Assembly: GCF_965263005.1 (NCBI RefSeq)
Contig: NZ_OZ253579.1
Span: forward strand, 1,991,136 to 2,055,135
Reading direction: 5' to 3'
DNA length: 64,000 bases
Origin: Candidatus Rariloculus sp.
GTDB lineage: Bacteria > Pseudomonadota > Gammaproteobacteria > Steroidobacterales > Rariloculaceae
Shown here piece by piece: positions 42,185 through 51,970 of this stretch. Below the pieces are notes generated by a model, which was not told the origin of the DNA, made no database searches, and saw only the letters and a program-made list of their open reading frames with translations. How positions within the stretch are numbered: position 1 is the first letter of the stretch; the number at the start of each line of letters is the position of its first letter. The position numbers and the translations under genes were made by a program.

Positions 42185-43321
42185 CTACGGCGCCGTGAGC
42201 TTCAGCAGATAGCCATCTCCGCCGCGGCCGGGGCGCCCGTCCTCGAGCAGCCATAGCGCCCCATCGGGCCCTTGCTCGACCGCCCGAATGCGGCGGCCCA
42301 TGTCGAATCGCTGCGCCTCTCGCGCGGAGTCGCCGTCGATCTCGATGCGCACGAGCGACTCAGAGGAGAGCCCGCCGATGAATGCGTCGCCCTGCCATTC
42401 GGGGAACTCGCTGCCGCTGTAGAACATCAGGCTCGAAGGCGAGATGACGGGATTCCAGAACTCGGCGGGTGCCGCGAACTCCGGCCGCGTGTGGTGGTCC
42501 GGGATGTCGCGGCCGTCGTAGTGGTCGCCGTTCGATACGATCGGGTAGCCGTAGTTCGCGCCGCGCCGCACGAGATTGAGTTCGTCGCCGCCGGCCGGGC
42601 CCATTTCGACGTTCCAGAGCCTTCCTGGTGCGTCGAATGCCAATCCCAACGGATTGCGGTGACCGAGCGACCAGATCTCGGCCGTGACGCCGCCGCGCTC
42701 GGCAAACGGATTGTCGCCCGGCACGGAGCCGTCGTCGTTGAGGCGCACGATCTTGCCGAGCGTCGATTCCATGTCCTGCGCCGGGTCGAACTTCTGACGG
42801 TCGCCGGAGCTGATCCACAGGTAGCCGTCCGGCCCGAATGCGATCCTGTGCGCATAATGGCCCTGTCCGGTGACTTTGGGCGTTTGCCGCCAGATCACCT
42901 CATGATCGGAGAGCGTGCCGCCGGTTGCCGTCAGGCTCAATCGGGCGCGTGCGACGGCCGCGCCGCTCCTGCTGCGTTCGCCGAACTCCACATAGCTCAT
43001 GTAGATGAGGCTGTTGGCGTCGAAGTCCGGGTGCAGCACGATATCGCCGAAACCGCCCTGGCCGCCGAAGCTGACTTCAGGTGCACCGGCGACGTCGCCG
43101 ACTTCGTCGACTTCGCCGTCGGCGTTGACGAGCTTGAGCGTGCCGCGGGCTTCGCTGACGAGCAGCCGCCCGTCCGGAAGAAACTCCAATGCCCAAGGCG
43201 TCTCGAACTGCCCAACGGTGGTGACGTCGAACTCGGCATGCTGTGCATCGAGCGATTCACCCGAGCAAGCGCACAGCGCGAGCACGGTGAAACAAAGCGG
43301 CGTCTTGAGTCTCATGGCCAT
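42185..43321 (-). CDS. PQQ-dependent soluble sugar (aldose) dehydrogenase, YliI/Asd family, lipoprotein
   Basis: The track starts at 43462. I place the start at ATG 43321, with GGAGGG 8 nt upstream. The signal is [19 protein letters not shown]. The family pattern is present ([18 protein letters not shown]...GGQGG..DI.LHPDF...[23 protein letters not shown]......NYGYP). Confidence 0.85.
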   Translation of the reverse strand: MAMRLKTPLCFTVLALCACSGESLDAQHAEFDVTTVGQFETPWALEFLPDGRLLVSEARGTLKLVNADGEVDEVGDVAGAPEVSFGGQGGFGDIVLHPDFDANSLIYMSYVEFGERSRSGAAVARARLSLTATGGTLSDHEVIWRQTPKVTGQGHYAHRIAFGPDGYLWISSGDRQKFDPAQDMESTLGKIVRLNDDGSVPGDNPFAERGGVTAEIWSLGHRNPLGLAFDAPGRLWNVEMGPAGGDELNLVRRGANYGYPIVSNGDHYDGRDIPDHHTRPEFAAPAEFWNPVISPSSLMFYSGSEFPEWQGDAFIGGLSSESLVRIEIDGDSAREAQRFDMGRRIRAVEQGPDGALWLLEDGRPGRGGDGYLLKLTAP

Positions 43322-43490
43322 TCTTCGACCCTCCAGGGTGGCGAATCGGGTAGCCGCGAACCTGCGGCACGTAAGTGCGTCCCGCTGCGGATCGCACCCC
43401 CACAGTATATACGCGCCAGTGTCTCGCGCGTCGCCTTTGACGAGGCTGCCGCGCTGAGCCAAACTTCACGCACCACGATTGGAGACTGTC

Positions 43491-45125
43491 ATGGCCGTAC
43501 CTCCGGGAGTTGGCGAGCGGGACTTCGACACGGCGCTGCGAGAATTCGAAGCTGCCGTCGGTGAGCAATGGGTATTCACGAGCGACGAGGATGTGGCGCT
43601 CTATCGTGACGCCTACTCGGTGTTCAAGGGCGATGACGAGGAAATCGTGGCCTCGGCGGCCGTCGCGCCATACACCGTCGAGGAGGTGCAGCAGGTCGTG
43701 CGCACGGCCAATGCCTACCGAATACCGATCTATCCGATATCCACGGGCAAGAACCTCGGTTACGGTGGCTCGGCGCCAAATCTCTCAGGCAGTGTCGTGC
43801 TCGATCTGAAGCGCATGAACCGGATCCTCGACGTCAGCGAGCGCAACGCGTCGGCTCTGGTCGAACCCGGGGTCAGTTACTTCGATCTCTACCGCTACAT
43901 CCAGGAGCGCGATCTGAAGCTCTGGATCGACTGCCCCGACCCGGGATGGGGCAGCCTGATCGGCAATGCCGTGGATCATGGCGGCGGCTACACGCAACCT
44001 CAGTTCCGCAACCATTTCGATGCGCACTGCGGCATGGAAGTCGTGCTGCCCGACGGCGACGTGCTGCGCACGGGCATGGGTGCGCTGCCGGGCAGTGAGA
44101 CCTGGCAGCAGTACAAGTTCGGCGTCGGGCCGTGGATCGACGGCCTTTTTTCGCAGTCGAACTATGGCGTTGTCACGAAGATGGGGTTCTGGCTCATGCC
44201 TGAGCCCGACGCGTATCTGACCGGGACTGTGACCGTGCCGAAACACGCCGACCTGATCGCGCTCGTCGATATTCTCAATTTTCTTGAGAACACCGGCTGC
44301 GTCAACGGCATGCCGCAGCTCGGGTCGCCGCTGATTGGCGGCTTCTTTTCTCAACCGGACCCGGATCTGCGGGCATTGCTTGCCCGCGGCGCATCGACCG
44401 AGGAACTCGAAGACTATGCTGCCGGAGTCGGCAGGGGCTATTGGAGCTGCACGGTGAAGTTCTACGGTGCGGAGAAAGCCATCGCCGCGAACTGGGAATA
44501 CGCGCAGGAGAAATTCTCGGCAATTCCAGGTGCCCAGTTCGAGGACGGCGAGTTGTTCAAGTTCCCGTTGAGCGCCGAGCAGATCGAGGAGATCACGCGC
44601 CAGCAGTCGAGCGGCTCAAGAAGCTCGACGCTGCCTGAGTTCGGCGTGCCGAGCCTGACGATGTTCTCGATCGGTGCGCGCAGCGAGACGAATCCGACTC
44701 CCTCGGCAGGGCATGTCTGGTTCTCGCCGATCATTCCGCGCACCGGCGAGGCGATCTTCGAGGCAAATCGCGTCTTTGCCGAGGCGGCCGGCGATCTCGG
44801 CCTGCCAGTCGCGGCCTTCAGCTTGCCGACGACCTACTGGAATCGATCATTCATCTATCTGTTCGGATTCCCGATCAGCGAGGATCCGCAAGTCAATCGC
44901 AGGACGCGCGCGGCGTTTGAACGTCTCGTTCGGGTGGCGGCCGAGCACGGCTGGGGCGAGTACCGCACCGCGCCGGCGTTCCAGGACGTGGTTCTCGAGG
45001 CTTACTCGTTCAACGACCATGCGCTGAAGCGCTTCCAGGAGCGGCTCAAGGACGCGATCGATCCGAACGGCATCGTCTCGGCGGGCCGCTACGGCATCTG
45101 GCCCAGCCACTTGCGAGGCGCATGA
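43491..45125 (+). CDS. FAD-linked oxidase of the vanillyl-alcohol oxidase / p-cresol methylhydroxylase flavoprotein (PchF-like) family
   Basis: The track starts at TTG 43479. ATG 43491 lies 6 nt after GGAG. The pattern is VPPGV...FDTALREFEAAVGEQWV...YRIPIYPISTGKNLGYGG...LDLKRMNRIL.V......VEPGV.Y.DL. The stop overlaps the start of a cytochrome c gene (ATGA 45122-45125). Confidence 0.8.
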   Translation: MAVPPGVGERDFDTALREFEAAVGEQWVFTSDEDVALYRDAYSVFKGDDEEIVASAAVAPYTVEEVQQVVRTANAYRIPIYPISTGKNLGYGGSAPNLSGSVVLDLKRMNRILDVSERNASALVEPGVSYFDLYRYIQERDLKLWIDCPDPGWGSLIGNAVDHGGGYTQPQFRNHFDAHCGMEVVLPDGDVLRTGMGALPGSETWQQYKFGVGPWIDGLFSQSNYGVVTKMGFWLMPEPDAYLTGTVTVPKHADLIALVDILNFLENTGCVNGMPQLGSPLIGGFFSQPDPDLRALLARGASTEELEDYAAGVGRGYWSCTVKFYGAEKAIAANWEYAQEKFSAIPGAQFEDGELFKFPLSAEQIEEITRQQSSGSRSSTLPEFGVPSLTMFSIGARSETNPTPSAGHVWFSPIIPRTGEAIFEANRVFAEAAGDLGLPVAAFSLPTTYWNRSFIYLFGFPISEDPQVNRRTRAAFERLVRVAAEHGWGEYRTAPAFQDVVLEAYSFNDHALKRFQERLKDAIDPNGIVSAGRYGIWPSHLRGA

Positions 45126-45457
45126 TCGTGCTCAGAACCGTTCTACTGTCCGCGGTGCTCGCCCTCGGCGCCGCCGGCACCGCAAATGCACAGGACGAGG
45201 TCGAGCAGCGCGGCAGGGCAGTGTTCGATTACTGGTGCGAGGCATGCCACGGCGACGGGCCGGGCAAGCCGGGCACCGCGGCGCTCGAAGCGCTCTACAA
45301 CGGACAAAAATCCGCGCTGCTCGAGGAGCGAGAGGATCTCGTGCCCGAGCTCACGCGGACGTTCGTGCGCACGGGCGTATCGATCATGCCGTTTTTCAGG
45401 AAGACTGAGATCAGCGACGACGATCTCGAGGCGCTCGCGGCCTATCTCGCGCCGTGA
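45122..45457 (+). CDS. Small c-type cytochrome (PchC-like partner subunit)
   Basis: 111-aa ORF with the signal peptide MIVLRTVLLSAVLALGAAGTANA, the heme motif YWCEACHG and a downstream Met (GVSIMPFF). Confidence 0.8.
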   Translation: MIVLRTVLLSAVLALGAAGTANAQDEVEQRGRAVFDYWCEACHGDGPGKPGTAALEALYNGQKSALLEEREDLVPELTRTFVRTGVSIMPFFRKTEISDDDLEALAAYLAP

Positions 45458-45487
45458 CGCCGGCAGGTCGGCTAAAAGGGATAGATT

Positions 45488-46912
45488 ATGAAAAGAGTTC
45501 TCGTTTCGATCGCGGTCGTGCTCATGCCCGTCCTGCTCGCCGCGCAGGACGCCGAGCGCCCCGATGTGCTGTTCATCGCGGTCGACGACCTCAACGATTG
45601 GGTCGGCGTGCTCGGCGGCCACCCACAGGCGAAGACGCCGAATATCGACCGGCTCGCCGCTCGCGGCATCACGTTCACCAACGCGCACTCGCCGTCGGTG
45701 ATATGCAATCCGTCCCGAACGGCATTGCTGACCGGCTTGCTGCCTTCGACGAGCGGTGTCTACGACAACTGGCCGGACTGGCGCACCAGCGACGCGTTCG
45801 CCGGTCTGCCGACGGTGTTCAGGCACTTTCGCGACAACGGCTATCGCACGCTTGGCGCCGGCAAGATTTTTCATGCGCACACCTTCGGCGGCGTGAGCAA
45901 TTTCGAGGGTCTGAACGACCCGACGGCCTGGGACGCGTTTTACCCCTCGCTGACGCGGCAGCTTCCCGATGCGATTCGCCCGACGGTCATACCAGCGAAT
46001 GGCAATCCTTTGGGCACCAGCTTCGATTGGTCGGTTGTCGTCGCCGAGGACATGGCGATAGGCGATGGGCAGGTCGTGGGATGGATCGAACGCCAGCTCG
46101 CCGCCGAGACCGGGTCGCCGCGGTTTATCGCGGCCGGCATCTACCGCCCGCATCTTCCCTGGTACGTGCCGCAGAAGTATTTCGACATGCACCCGTTGGA
46201 CGACATCCTGTTGCCGCCGACGATCGAGAACGACCTCGAGGACGTTCCCGAGATCGCGCGGGGCAGCTATCTTGATTCCACAGAATGGCATGACTGGATC
46301 GTCGAGTCAGGCAAATGGGCGGAGGGCGTGCAGGCGTATCTCGCGAGCACGAGTTTCGCCGACGCGATGGTCGGACGGTTGCTTGACGCGCTTGATCGTA
46401 CGGGCCGCGCCGATAATACGATCATCGTGCTCTGGGGGGATCACGGCTTTCATCTCGGCGAGAAAGAGCGCTGGCGCAAGATGACGTTGTGGGAAGAGTC
46501 AACCCGCGTGCCGTTGATCATCGTCGCCCCCGGCGTATCGACACCGGGCACACGCACGGCAGAGGCGGTGTCGCTCATGGACCTTTATCCGACGCTCACG
46601 GAACTTGCCGGGCTCGACACGCCCGGCCATGTCGAAGGGCAAAGCCTCGAGCCGCTGATCAGGGATCCCGGTGCGGTTCGTGACAAGCCGGCTCTGACCA
46701 CCTTTCCCTACAACAGCCATTCGCTACGGACGGAGCGATATCGTTACACGCGCCACGCGGACGGCACGGAAGAGCTCTACGATCACGAAACGGACCCGAA
46801 TGAATGGAAAAACCTCGCGCACCAAACGCGCTACGACCGGCTCAAGGCAGACCTCGCCCGCTGGTTTCCCGAGGTCAACGCCGAAGCATTGGGGGAGCCC
46901 CCTGACGAATAG
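45488..46912 (+). CDS. Sulfatase (Cys-type; iduronate-2-sulfatase-like)
   Basis: 474-aa ORF starting at ATG with AAGGGA upstream. It has a signal peptide and the signature DVLFIAVDDLNDW...SVICNPSRTALLTG (C-x-P-x-R). Confidence 0.9.
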   Translation: MKRVLVSIAVVLMPVLLAAQDAERPDVLFIAVDDLNDWVGVLGGHPQAKTPNIDRLAARGITFTNAHSPSVICNPSRTALLTGLLPSTSGVYDNWPDWRTSDAFAGLPTVFRHFRDNGYRTLGAGKIFHAHTFGGVSNFEGLNDPTAWDAFYPSLTRQLPDAIRPTVIPANGNPLGTSFDWSVVVAEDMAIGDGQVVGWIERQLAAETGSPRFIAAGIYRPHLPWYVPQKYFDMHPLDDILLPPTIENDLEDVPEIARGSYLDSTEWHDWIVESGKWAEGVQAYLASTSFADAMVGRLLDALDRTGRADNTIIVLWGDHGFHLGEKERWRKMTLWEESTRVPLIIVAPGVSTPGTRTAEAVSLMDLYPTLTELAGLDTPGHVEGQSLEPLIRDPGAVRDKPALTTFPYNSHSLRTERYRYTRHADGTEELYDHETDPNEWKNLAHQTRYDRLKADLARWFPEVNAEALGEPPDE

Positions 46913-47064
46913 GCCGGGATCGACGCGGGTTGTCAGTCGAACCGGGTAGTGCGGCAGTGCTGGTGAGCACGTCCGGCATCATTGGCTTCGCTTGACCGCA
47001 GAGGCCCGGCACGGATGAGCGGGCCGCATTTCGCTCGGCATTGGACTGCACTCGGAGAAAAGCC

Positions 47065-47616
47065 TTGGCAGCGATCATAGACGATCTACACCAGGATCAC
47101 GTCAATGCGGCGCAAGTGCTCAAGATCGCCGAGCGAACGCTCGGTTCGGTCGAAGCCGGCGAAGATGCGGACTTTTCCCTGCTCGAGGACGCCATGCGCT
47201 ATATCACCGGATACTCCGATACGCATCACCATCCGGTCGAGGACATCGTATTTCGTCAACTGAGAAAGCGATCGCCGCAGATGGCGGCCGAGATCGATGC
47301 CATCGCCGCGGAGCATGATTCGATCATCATGAAGGGCAAGCGGTTCCTCGATTCGGTTGCGGCCGTCGAGGAGGGTGCCCTGGTGCCGAGATCGGCGCTG
47401 GTCAATCGCGGGCGCGAGTACCTGTCGACGCTGTCGAAACACATGGACCTCGAGGAAAGCACGCTCTTTCCCGCCGCCGCAACGATGCTCGACGAGTCGG
47501 ATTGGGAAAGCGTGAGCAAGCGGATCGACTGCCGTCCCGATCCGCTCTTCGGGACATCGCTCGACGAGGATTACAGACGACTCTGGAAGCTGATTCAGCT
47601 TCACGACCGGGACTAG
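47065..47616 (+). CDS. Hemerythrin-like domain protein
   Basis: The track starts at TTG 47041. The in-frame TTG 47065 lies 6 nt after GGAGAAAA. His/Glu motifs are spaced as in hemerythrin-like cation-binding domains (LHQDH, THHHPVED, AAEHD, KHMDLEE). The start is uncertain. Confidence 0.65.
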   Translation: MAAIIDDLHQDHVNAAQVLKIAERTLGSVEAGEDADFSLLEDAMRYITGYSDTHHHPVEDIVFRQLRKRSPQMAAEIDAIAAEHDSIIMKGKRFLDSVAAVEEGALVPRSALVNRGREYLSTLSKHMDLEESTLFPAAATMLDESDWESVSKRIDCRPDPLFGTSLDEDYRRLWKLIQLHDRD

Positions 47617-47776
47617 CGGGCGTTCACACCAACGCAACGCATCGATGGTGAGTGCGCTGAGAGCGTGCACTTGGCCGATCGAGCGCGAACTTAGCCGAGC
47701 ATTCTCGGAGACTGTAGAATGGCGCTCTTCGAGCGACGGTCTTTCTAACCGAGTCGAACGACCGGGGGATGCCGAA

Positions 47777-48487
47777 TTGGCTGACCACAGTGTCTTGACT
47801 ACCGCAGTAAACATCATCGCCGCGCCCAGGGAAGCGCTGCTCGCGCTCAAGTTTGAGCCGACAATGCTGTTGCCGCTGTTCGCGGTCCTTGTCGCCAACG
47901 CCGCGGTCATCCTGACGTATTACAGCCACGTCGATGTCCCGTGGCTCATCGAAACGGGCATGCAGAACGCTCAGCAGGAGCTGACCGAGGAGCAGCGCGA
48001 GGCCGCCGCGAACGTCGTCGAGAATATGTCTCCGACGGTCATGGGATCGATCGCTACGGCGTCTCTCGCGGTTTCCCTGACGCTGTGGTTCTTTCTGAAC
48101 GCCGCTTACCTTGCCGGCGTGTCGCTGCTGACCAAGGACGGGTTTCGGCTCAAGCGCTGGTTCGCGATGATCTGTTGGTGCTCCTTGCCCCTCGTGTTTG
48201 GCTCTGTCGCGTCGATCGTGAACATACTCGTCAGTGACGCGACTTTTCTTCGCGCCGATCGTATGAATCCGCTGTCGTTCAGCAGTCTGCTCGACCTCGA
48301 ACCCGCCGGTGCAAACGCGTTTCGCCAGTCGGTGCAGGGACTCGACGTCACGTCGATCTGGTCCATGGCGCTCGCCATCTTCGCTTACCACACGTGGACG
48401 CAACGGGGCCTGCTCGATTCCGCGCTGATCGTGCTCGCACCCCCGATACTGATCTTCGGGTCCATCGTGTACTTCACGAGCGGCTGA
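47777..48487 (+). CDS. Yip1-like polytopic membrane protein (about 5 TM)
   Basis: The track starts at 47645. I prefer TTG 47777, which lies 7 nt after GGGGGA. There are five hydrophobic segments (LLPLFAVLVANAAVILTYY, SIATASLAVSLTLWFFLNAAYLAGV, WFAMICWCSLPLVFGSVASIV, IWSMALAIFAYHTW, ALIVLAPPILIFGSIVYF). The family call is tentative. Confidence 0.5.
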   Translation: MADHSVLTTAVNIIAAPREALLALKFEPTMLLPLFAVLVANAAVILTYYSHVDVPWLIETGMQNAQQELTEEQREAAANVVENMSPTVMGSIATASLAVSLTLWFFLNAAYLAGVSLLTKDGFRLKRWFAMICWCSLPLVFGSVASIVNILVSDATFLRADRMNPLSFSSLLDLEPAGANAFRQSVQGLDVTSIWSMALAIFAYHTWTQRGLLDSALIVLAPPILIFGSIVYFTSG

Positions 48488-48495
48488 ATCGCACC

Positions 48496-49674
48496 GTGCG
48501 CAGAAACTTACTCATCATCATCGCGATCGGACTGGCTGTCGTGGCCGTGCCGTTGCTGCGCAACTCATTGGGCGGCGGCACCGCCGTCGAAGTCGAGATC
48601 GAGCCGTTGGTTCCGCGCAGCATCCAGGCGTCGGTGCTCGCTTCGGGAAGACTCGTACACGAGGAGGAGGTCGCGCTGACGACCGAAGAAATCGGCAAGG
48701 TCACGGAGATCTACGTCGAGGAAGGCGACCGGGTGACGAAGGGCCAATTATTGCTGCAGATCGACGACCAGATTTTCCGCGCCGCCGTCGAGCAGAACGA
48801 AGCCACCGTGCGCATGCAGGATATAGCCATTCAACGCCAGCAGATGCGCGTGGACAATATGCAAACGCAGTGGGAACGTCAGAAGGAGCTGCACGAGCGC
48901 AATCTGATCGACGACGACAGCTTCGACGTCGTGACCAACGAACTCGGCATCGCGGAGATCGACCTGCGCTCGAGCCGCGAGTCGCTGTCCCAGGCGAGAG
49001 CGCAGCTCGAGCAGGCCGAGGACCGCTTGAGCAAGACGCGCGCGTACTCGCCGATCGACGGTACGGTAACGTCTCTCGACATCAAGGTCGGCGAGACGGC
49101 CATCTCGAGCACGACGAACATCCCGGGCTCCAGTCTCATGACGATCGCGGATCCTGCGAGCATCCATACCGAGGTCAACGTCGACGAGGCCGACATTGCG
49201 AGCATCGCGATCGGTCAAAGGGCTCAGATTTTCGCGATCGCCTATCCCGACAGGCCGATCGAAGGCGTGATCGATTCGATTGCCGTGTCCGCGAAAGTCG
49301 CCGAGGGGGCTCAAGGATTGAGCTTCGCGGTCAAGATAAGCCTCGAGAAAACAGCAGGCATCGTGCTTCGTCCAGGCATGAGCTGCCGCGCTGAGATATT
49401 TACGGACATCGTGGAAGACATACTCGCCGTTCCGATCCAGGCGATTCAGGTCGACGAGGACCGAAGCGTGAACCAGACGCTGTATCACGTCGTCGTGCAC
49501 GAGGATGGAGAAGCTCGCCGGAGGGAGGTCAGGATCGGCCTCTCCGACGACGCCTATCAGGCGATCACCGAGGGTCTGGACGAAGGCGACGAGGTCATCA
49601 TCGGGCCCGACCGCGTGCTCAGGAGCCTCGAAGAAGGCGACAACGTCACACCCTCGGATCCGGAGCCGGACTAG
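48496..49674 (+). CDS. MacA/HlyD-type periplasmic adaptor of an ABC efflux system
   Basis: The track starts at 48394, inside the upstream gene. I place the start at GTG 48496. It has an N-terminal TM (LLIIIAIGLAVVAVPLL), biotinyl-lipoyl-like motifs (GKVTEIYVEEGDRVTKGQLLLQID; SPIDGTVTSLDIKVGE) and a long coiled-coil. Confidence 0.85.
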   Translation: MRRNLLIIIAIGLAVVAVPLLRNSLGGGTAVEVEIEPLVPRSIQASVLASGRLVHEEEVALTTEEIGKVTEIYVEEGDRVTKGQLLLQIDDQIFRAAVEQNEATVRMQDIAIQRQQMRVDNMQTQWERQKELHERNLIDDDSFDVVTNELGIAEIDLRSSRESLSQARAQLEQAEDRLSKTRAYSPIDGTVTSLDIKVGETAISSTTNIPGSSLMTIADPASIHTEVNVDEADIASIAIGQRAQIFAIAYPDRPIEGVIDSIAVSAKVAEGAQGLSFAVKISLEKTAGIVLRPGMSCRAEIFTDIVEDILAVPIQAIQVDEDRSVNQTLYHVVVHEDGEARRREVRIGLSDDAYQAITEGLDEGDEVIIGPDRVLRSLEEGDNVTPSDPEPD

Positions 49675-49686
49675 AGTCTCGCGGCC

Positions 49687-50382
49687 GTGGCCCTAATCGA
49701 GCTCACATCGATAAGTAAGCACTACGTTATGGGGCAGCACGTCATCAAGGCTGTCGACAACGTCGATCTCAGCATCGAACCGAACGAATATGCCGTCTTC
49801 ATCGGCTCGTCGGGCTCCGGAAAATCGACGATCATGAACATCATCGGCTGCCTCGACATGGCGACCCAAGGCAGATACGTCCTGAACGGACGTAACGTCG
49901 AGGGACTCAACGAGGGTGAACTCGCCGACATACGCAATCAGGAGATCGGCTTCATATTTCAGAGCTTCAATCTGCTGCCGCGCGCGACGGCGCTCAAGAA
50001 CGTCATGCAGCCGCTGATCTATCGCGGCCTCGGACTCGCCGATCGGCGCGCGGAAGCCGAGCGCGTGCTCGAGCGCGTAGGCCTCGCGGACCGCAGCGAT
50101 CATCTGCCCAATCAGCTTTCCGGCGGTCAACGGCAGCGCGTCGCGATCGCGCGCGCATTGGTCACGAATCCGTCGATCCTGCTCGCCGACGAGCCGACGG
50201 GGAATCTCGATTCACAAACGACGGTAGAGATCATGGCGCTCTTCGACGAGCTGCACGCGGACGGGCAGACGATCATCGTGGTTACGCACGAGCCCGATAT
50301 CGCCGCGCACAGCGAGCGCGTGATCCGGCTGCGCGACGGCCGGGTGGTGGAAGACCATGCAAACGAGCGCCATGGACACTAG
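49687..50382 (+). CDS. ABC transporter ATP-binding protein (MacB/LolD-type)
   Basis: 231-aa ORF with Walker A (GSSGSGKST), the signature LSGGQRQR, Walker B (ILLADEPT) and H-loop (VVTHE). Confidence 0.95.
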   Translation: MALIELTSISKHYVMGQHVIKAVDNVDLSIEPNEYAVFIGSSGSGKSTIMNIIGCLDMATQGRYVLNGRNVEGLNEGELADIRNQEIGFIFQSFNLLPRATALKNVMQPLIYRGLGLADRRAEAERVLERVGLADRSDHLPNQLSGGQRQRVAIARALVTNPSILLADEPTGNLDSQTTVEIMALFDELHADGQTIIVVTHEPDIAAHSERVIRLRDGRVVEDHANERHGH

Positions 50383-51658
50383 GGCTAGCAGCCAGGGTCG
50401 CAGACGTTCCGCGGGCGCACGATTCCCGCTGTGGTTCGCCGTGACCGAGAGCGTGCGCGCGGCGCTCGGGTCGATCAGGGCGCACGCCTTCCGGAGTTTC
50501 CTGACGACGCTCGGCATCGTGATCGGCGTCGCCTCGGTCATCGGCATGGTGTCGATCATTCAGGGATTGAGCGCCGCGATCGGTCAGGAATTGGAGGGCC
50601 TCGGCAGCAACGCCGTTACCGTACAGTCGTACACGCCGCTTGAGGACCGCCTGCAGGGGCGCCTCGCCCGCCTTACGGTCGAGGATCTGGACCTGATCAG
50701 CTACCGCATAGGCGGCATCGAATCGATCACTCCGATCATGTACATCCAGAACGGACAGACTCAGGTCCGCTACGGATCGCAGACCACCGTTGCGCGAGTG
50801 CTCGGCACGACCTACTCGTTTCAGAACATCGGCCAGTACTATTCTCAATACGGGCGGTTCCTTTCGGACAGCGACAACAGATCGCGCCGGCGGGTCGCCG
50901 TCGTCGCCGAGCAGGTCAGGCAGGATCTGGCTTTGCCCGACAATCCCGTCGGCGAGTTCATTCAAATCAACGGGGAATGGCTCAGGATCATCGGCCTGCC
51001 CGAGCCCAAGGGCGAGATCCTCGGCCAGGCACTCGACAACCGCGTATTGGTGCCGTTCAGCACGATGGTGAGCATGCAGGGAAATCAGAGATCGCCCGAT
51101 ATCCAGATTCAGCTCACGATTGCCGACCCCGACGAGATGGACACCGTCGTCGAGTTGATCGCGAGGCTGCTCAGAAGCGCACACGATCTCGACCCCGACG
51201 AGGACGACGACTTCAGGATTCAGACTGCCGAGCAACTGCGATCGACGTTCGATAGCATCCTGAACACGGTGACCGTCGTAATGGCCGGTATAGTCGGCAT
51301 CTCGCTACTCGTCGGCGGCATCGGCATCATGAACATCATGCTCGTGTCGGTCACCGAAAGAACGCGCGAGATTGGCATCTGCAAGGCGATCGGCGCCAAG
51401 CGCCATCACATCCTGCTGCAGTTTCTGCTCGAAGCGCTCGTCCTGTGCCTGCTCGGCGGCTTCGTCGGTCTCGCCATCGGTTATGGGATCGGAGCAGCCG
51501 CCGCGTCGTTCATTCCGGGCTTTCCGGCTGCGCATACCCCCTTATGGGCGGTCGCGCTCGCGATCGGCTTTTCGGCGATCGTGGGCGTCGTGTTCGGAAT
51601 ACTGCCGGCCGCGAAAGCCGCGAACCTCGACCCGATCAGCTCGCTTCGCTACGAGTAG
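50357..51658 (+). CDS. ABC transporter permease (MacB/FtsX-type, with periplasmic domain)
   Basis: 433-aa ORF with the MacB_PCD-like N-terminal region after TM1 (FLTTLGIVIGVASVIGMVSI) and a C-terminal FtsX 3-TM bundle (ERTREIGICKAIGA...). It overlaps the ATPase gene by 26 nt. The alternative start is ATG 50372. Confidence 0.9.
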   Translation: MQTSAMDTRASSQGRRRSAGARFPLWFAVTESVRAALGSIRAHAFRSFLTTLGIVIGVASVIGMVSIIQGLSAAIGQELEGLGSNAVTVQSYTPLEDRLQGRLARLTVEDLDLISYRIGGIESITPIMYIQNGQTQVRYGSQTTVARVLGTTYSFQNIGQYYSQYGRFLSDSDNRSRRRVAVVAEQVRQDLALPDNPVGEFIQINGEWLRIIGLPEPKGEILGQALDNRVLVPFSTMVSMQGNQRSPDIQIQLTIADPDEMDTVVELIARLLRSAHDLDPDEDDDFRIQTAEQLRSTFDSILNTVTVVMAGIVGISLLVGGIGIMNIMLVSVTERTREIGICKAIGAKRHHILLQFLLEALVLCLLGGFVGLAIGYGIGAAAASFIPGFPAAHTPLWAVALAIGFSAIVGVVFGILPAAKAANLDPISSLRYE

Positions 51659-51970
51659 ACCGTCGTTGCGAACCCGTCGTAGTCGCTCGGTGCCCCGCCG
51701 CCCGCCACGCGTCCAGGCATTGCCGTGCACCGTCGCAAATTTGCGTGCAGGCTCTGCCGAGCGCCGGCGCAGGATTTGCACAGCGGGCTCGATCGCACGG
51801 GGTTTGGTATGCTCCGGTGCATGCAGATGCGCGGCTTGATCGTCTCCGTCGGGCGCTGGCTCATCGCGCCGTACGGTGCTTGGGCCGAGTGTAGCGTGGG
51901 CGGGTGTCGATCCGACGGCTGAGACCGGCGATTGACCGGCAGTTTCACGAGAGCAATGACGGGAGTGTCC

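Noticed and set aside
46910-46950. Possible fourth, internally deleted copy of the 58-bp repeat after the sulfatase stop (taggccgggatcgacgcgggttgtcag)
   Set aside because: Only about 15 scattered matching bases (gccggg...cgacgcggg). It lacks the left stem arm and the 3' half, which is too weak to distinguish from chance in GC-rich DNA.
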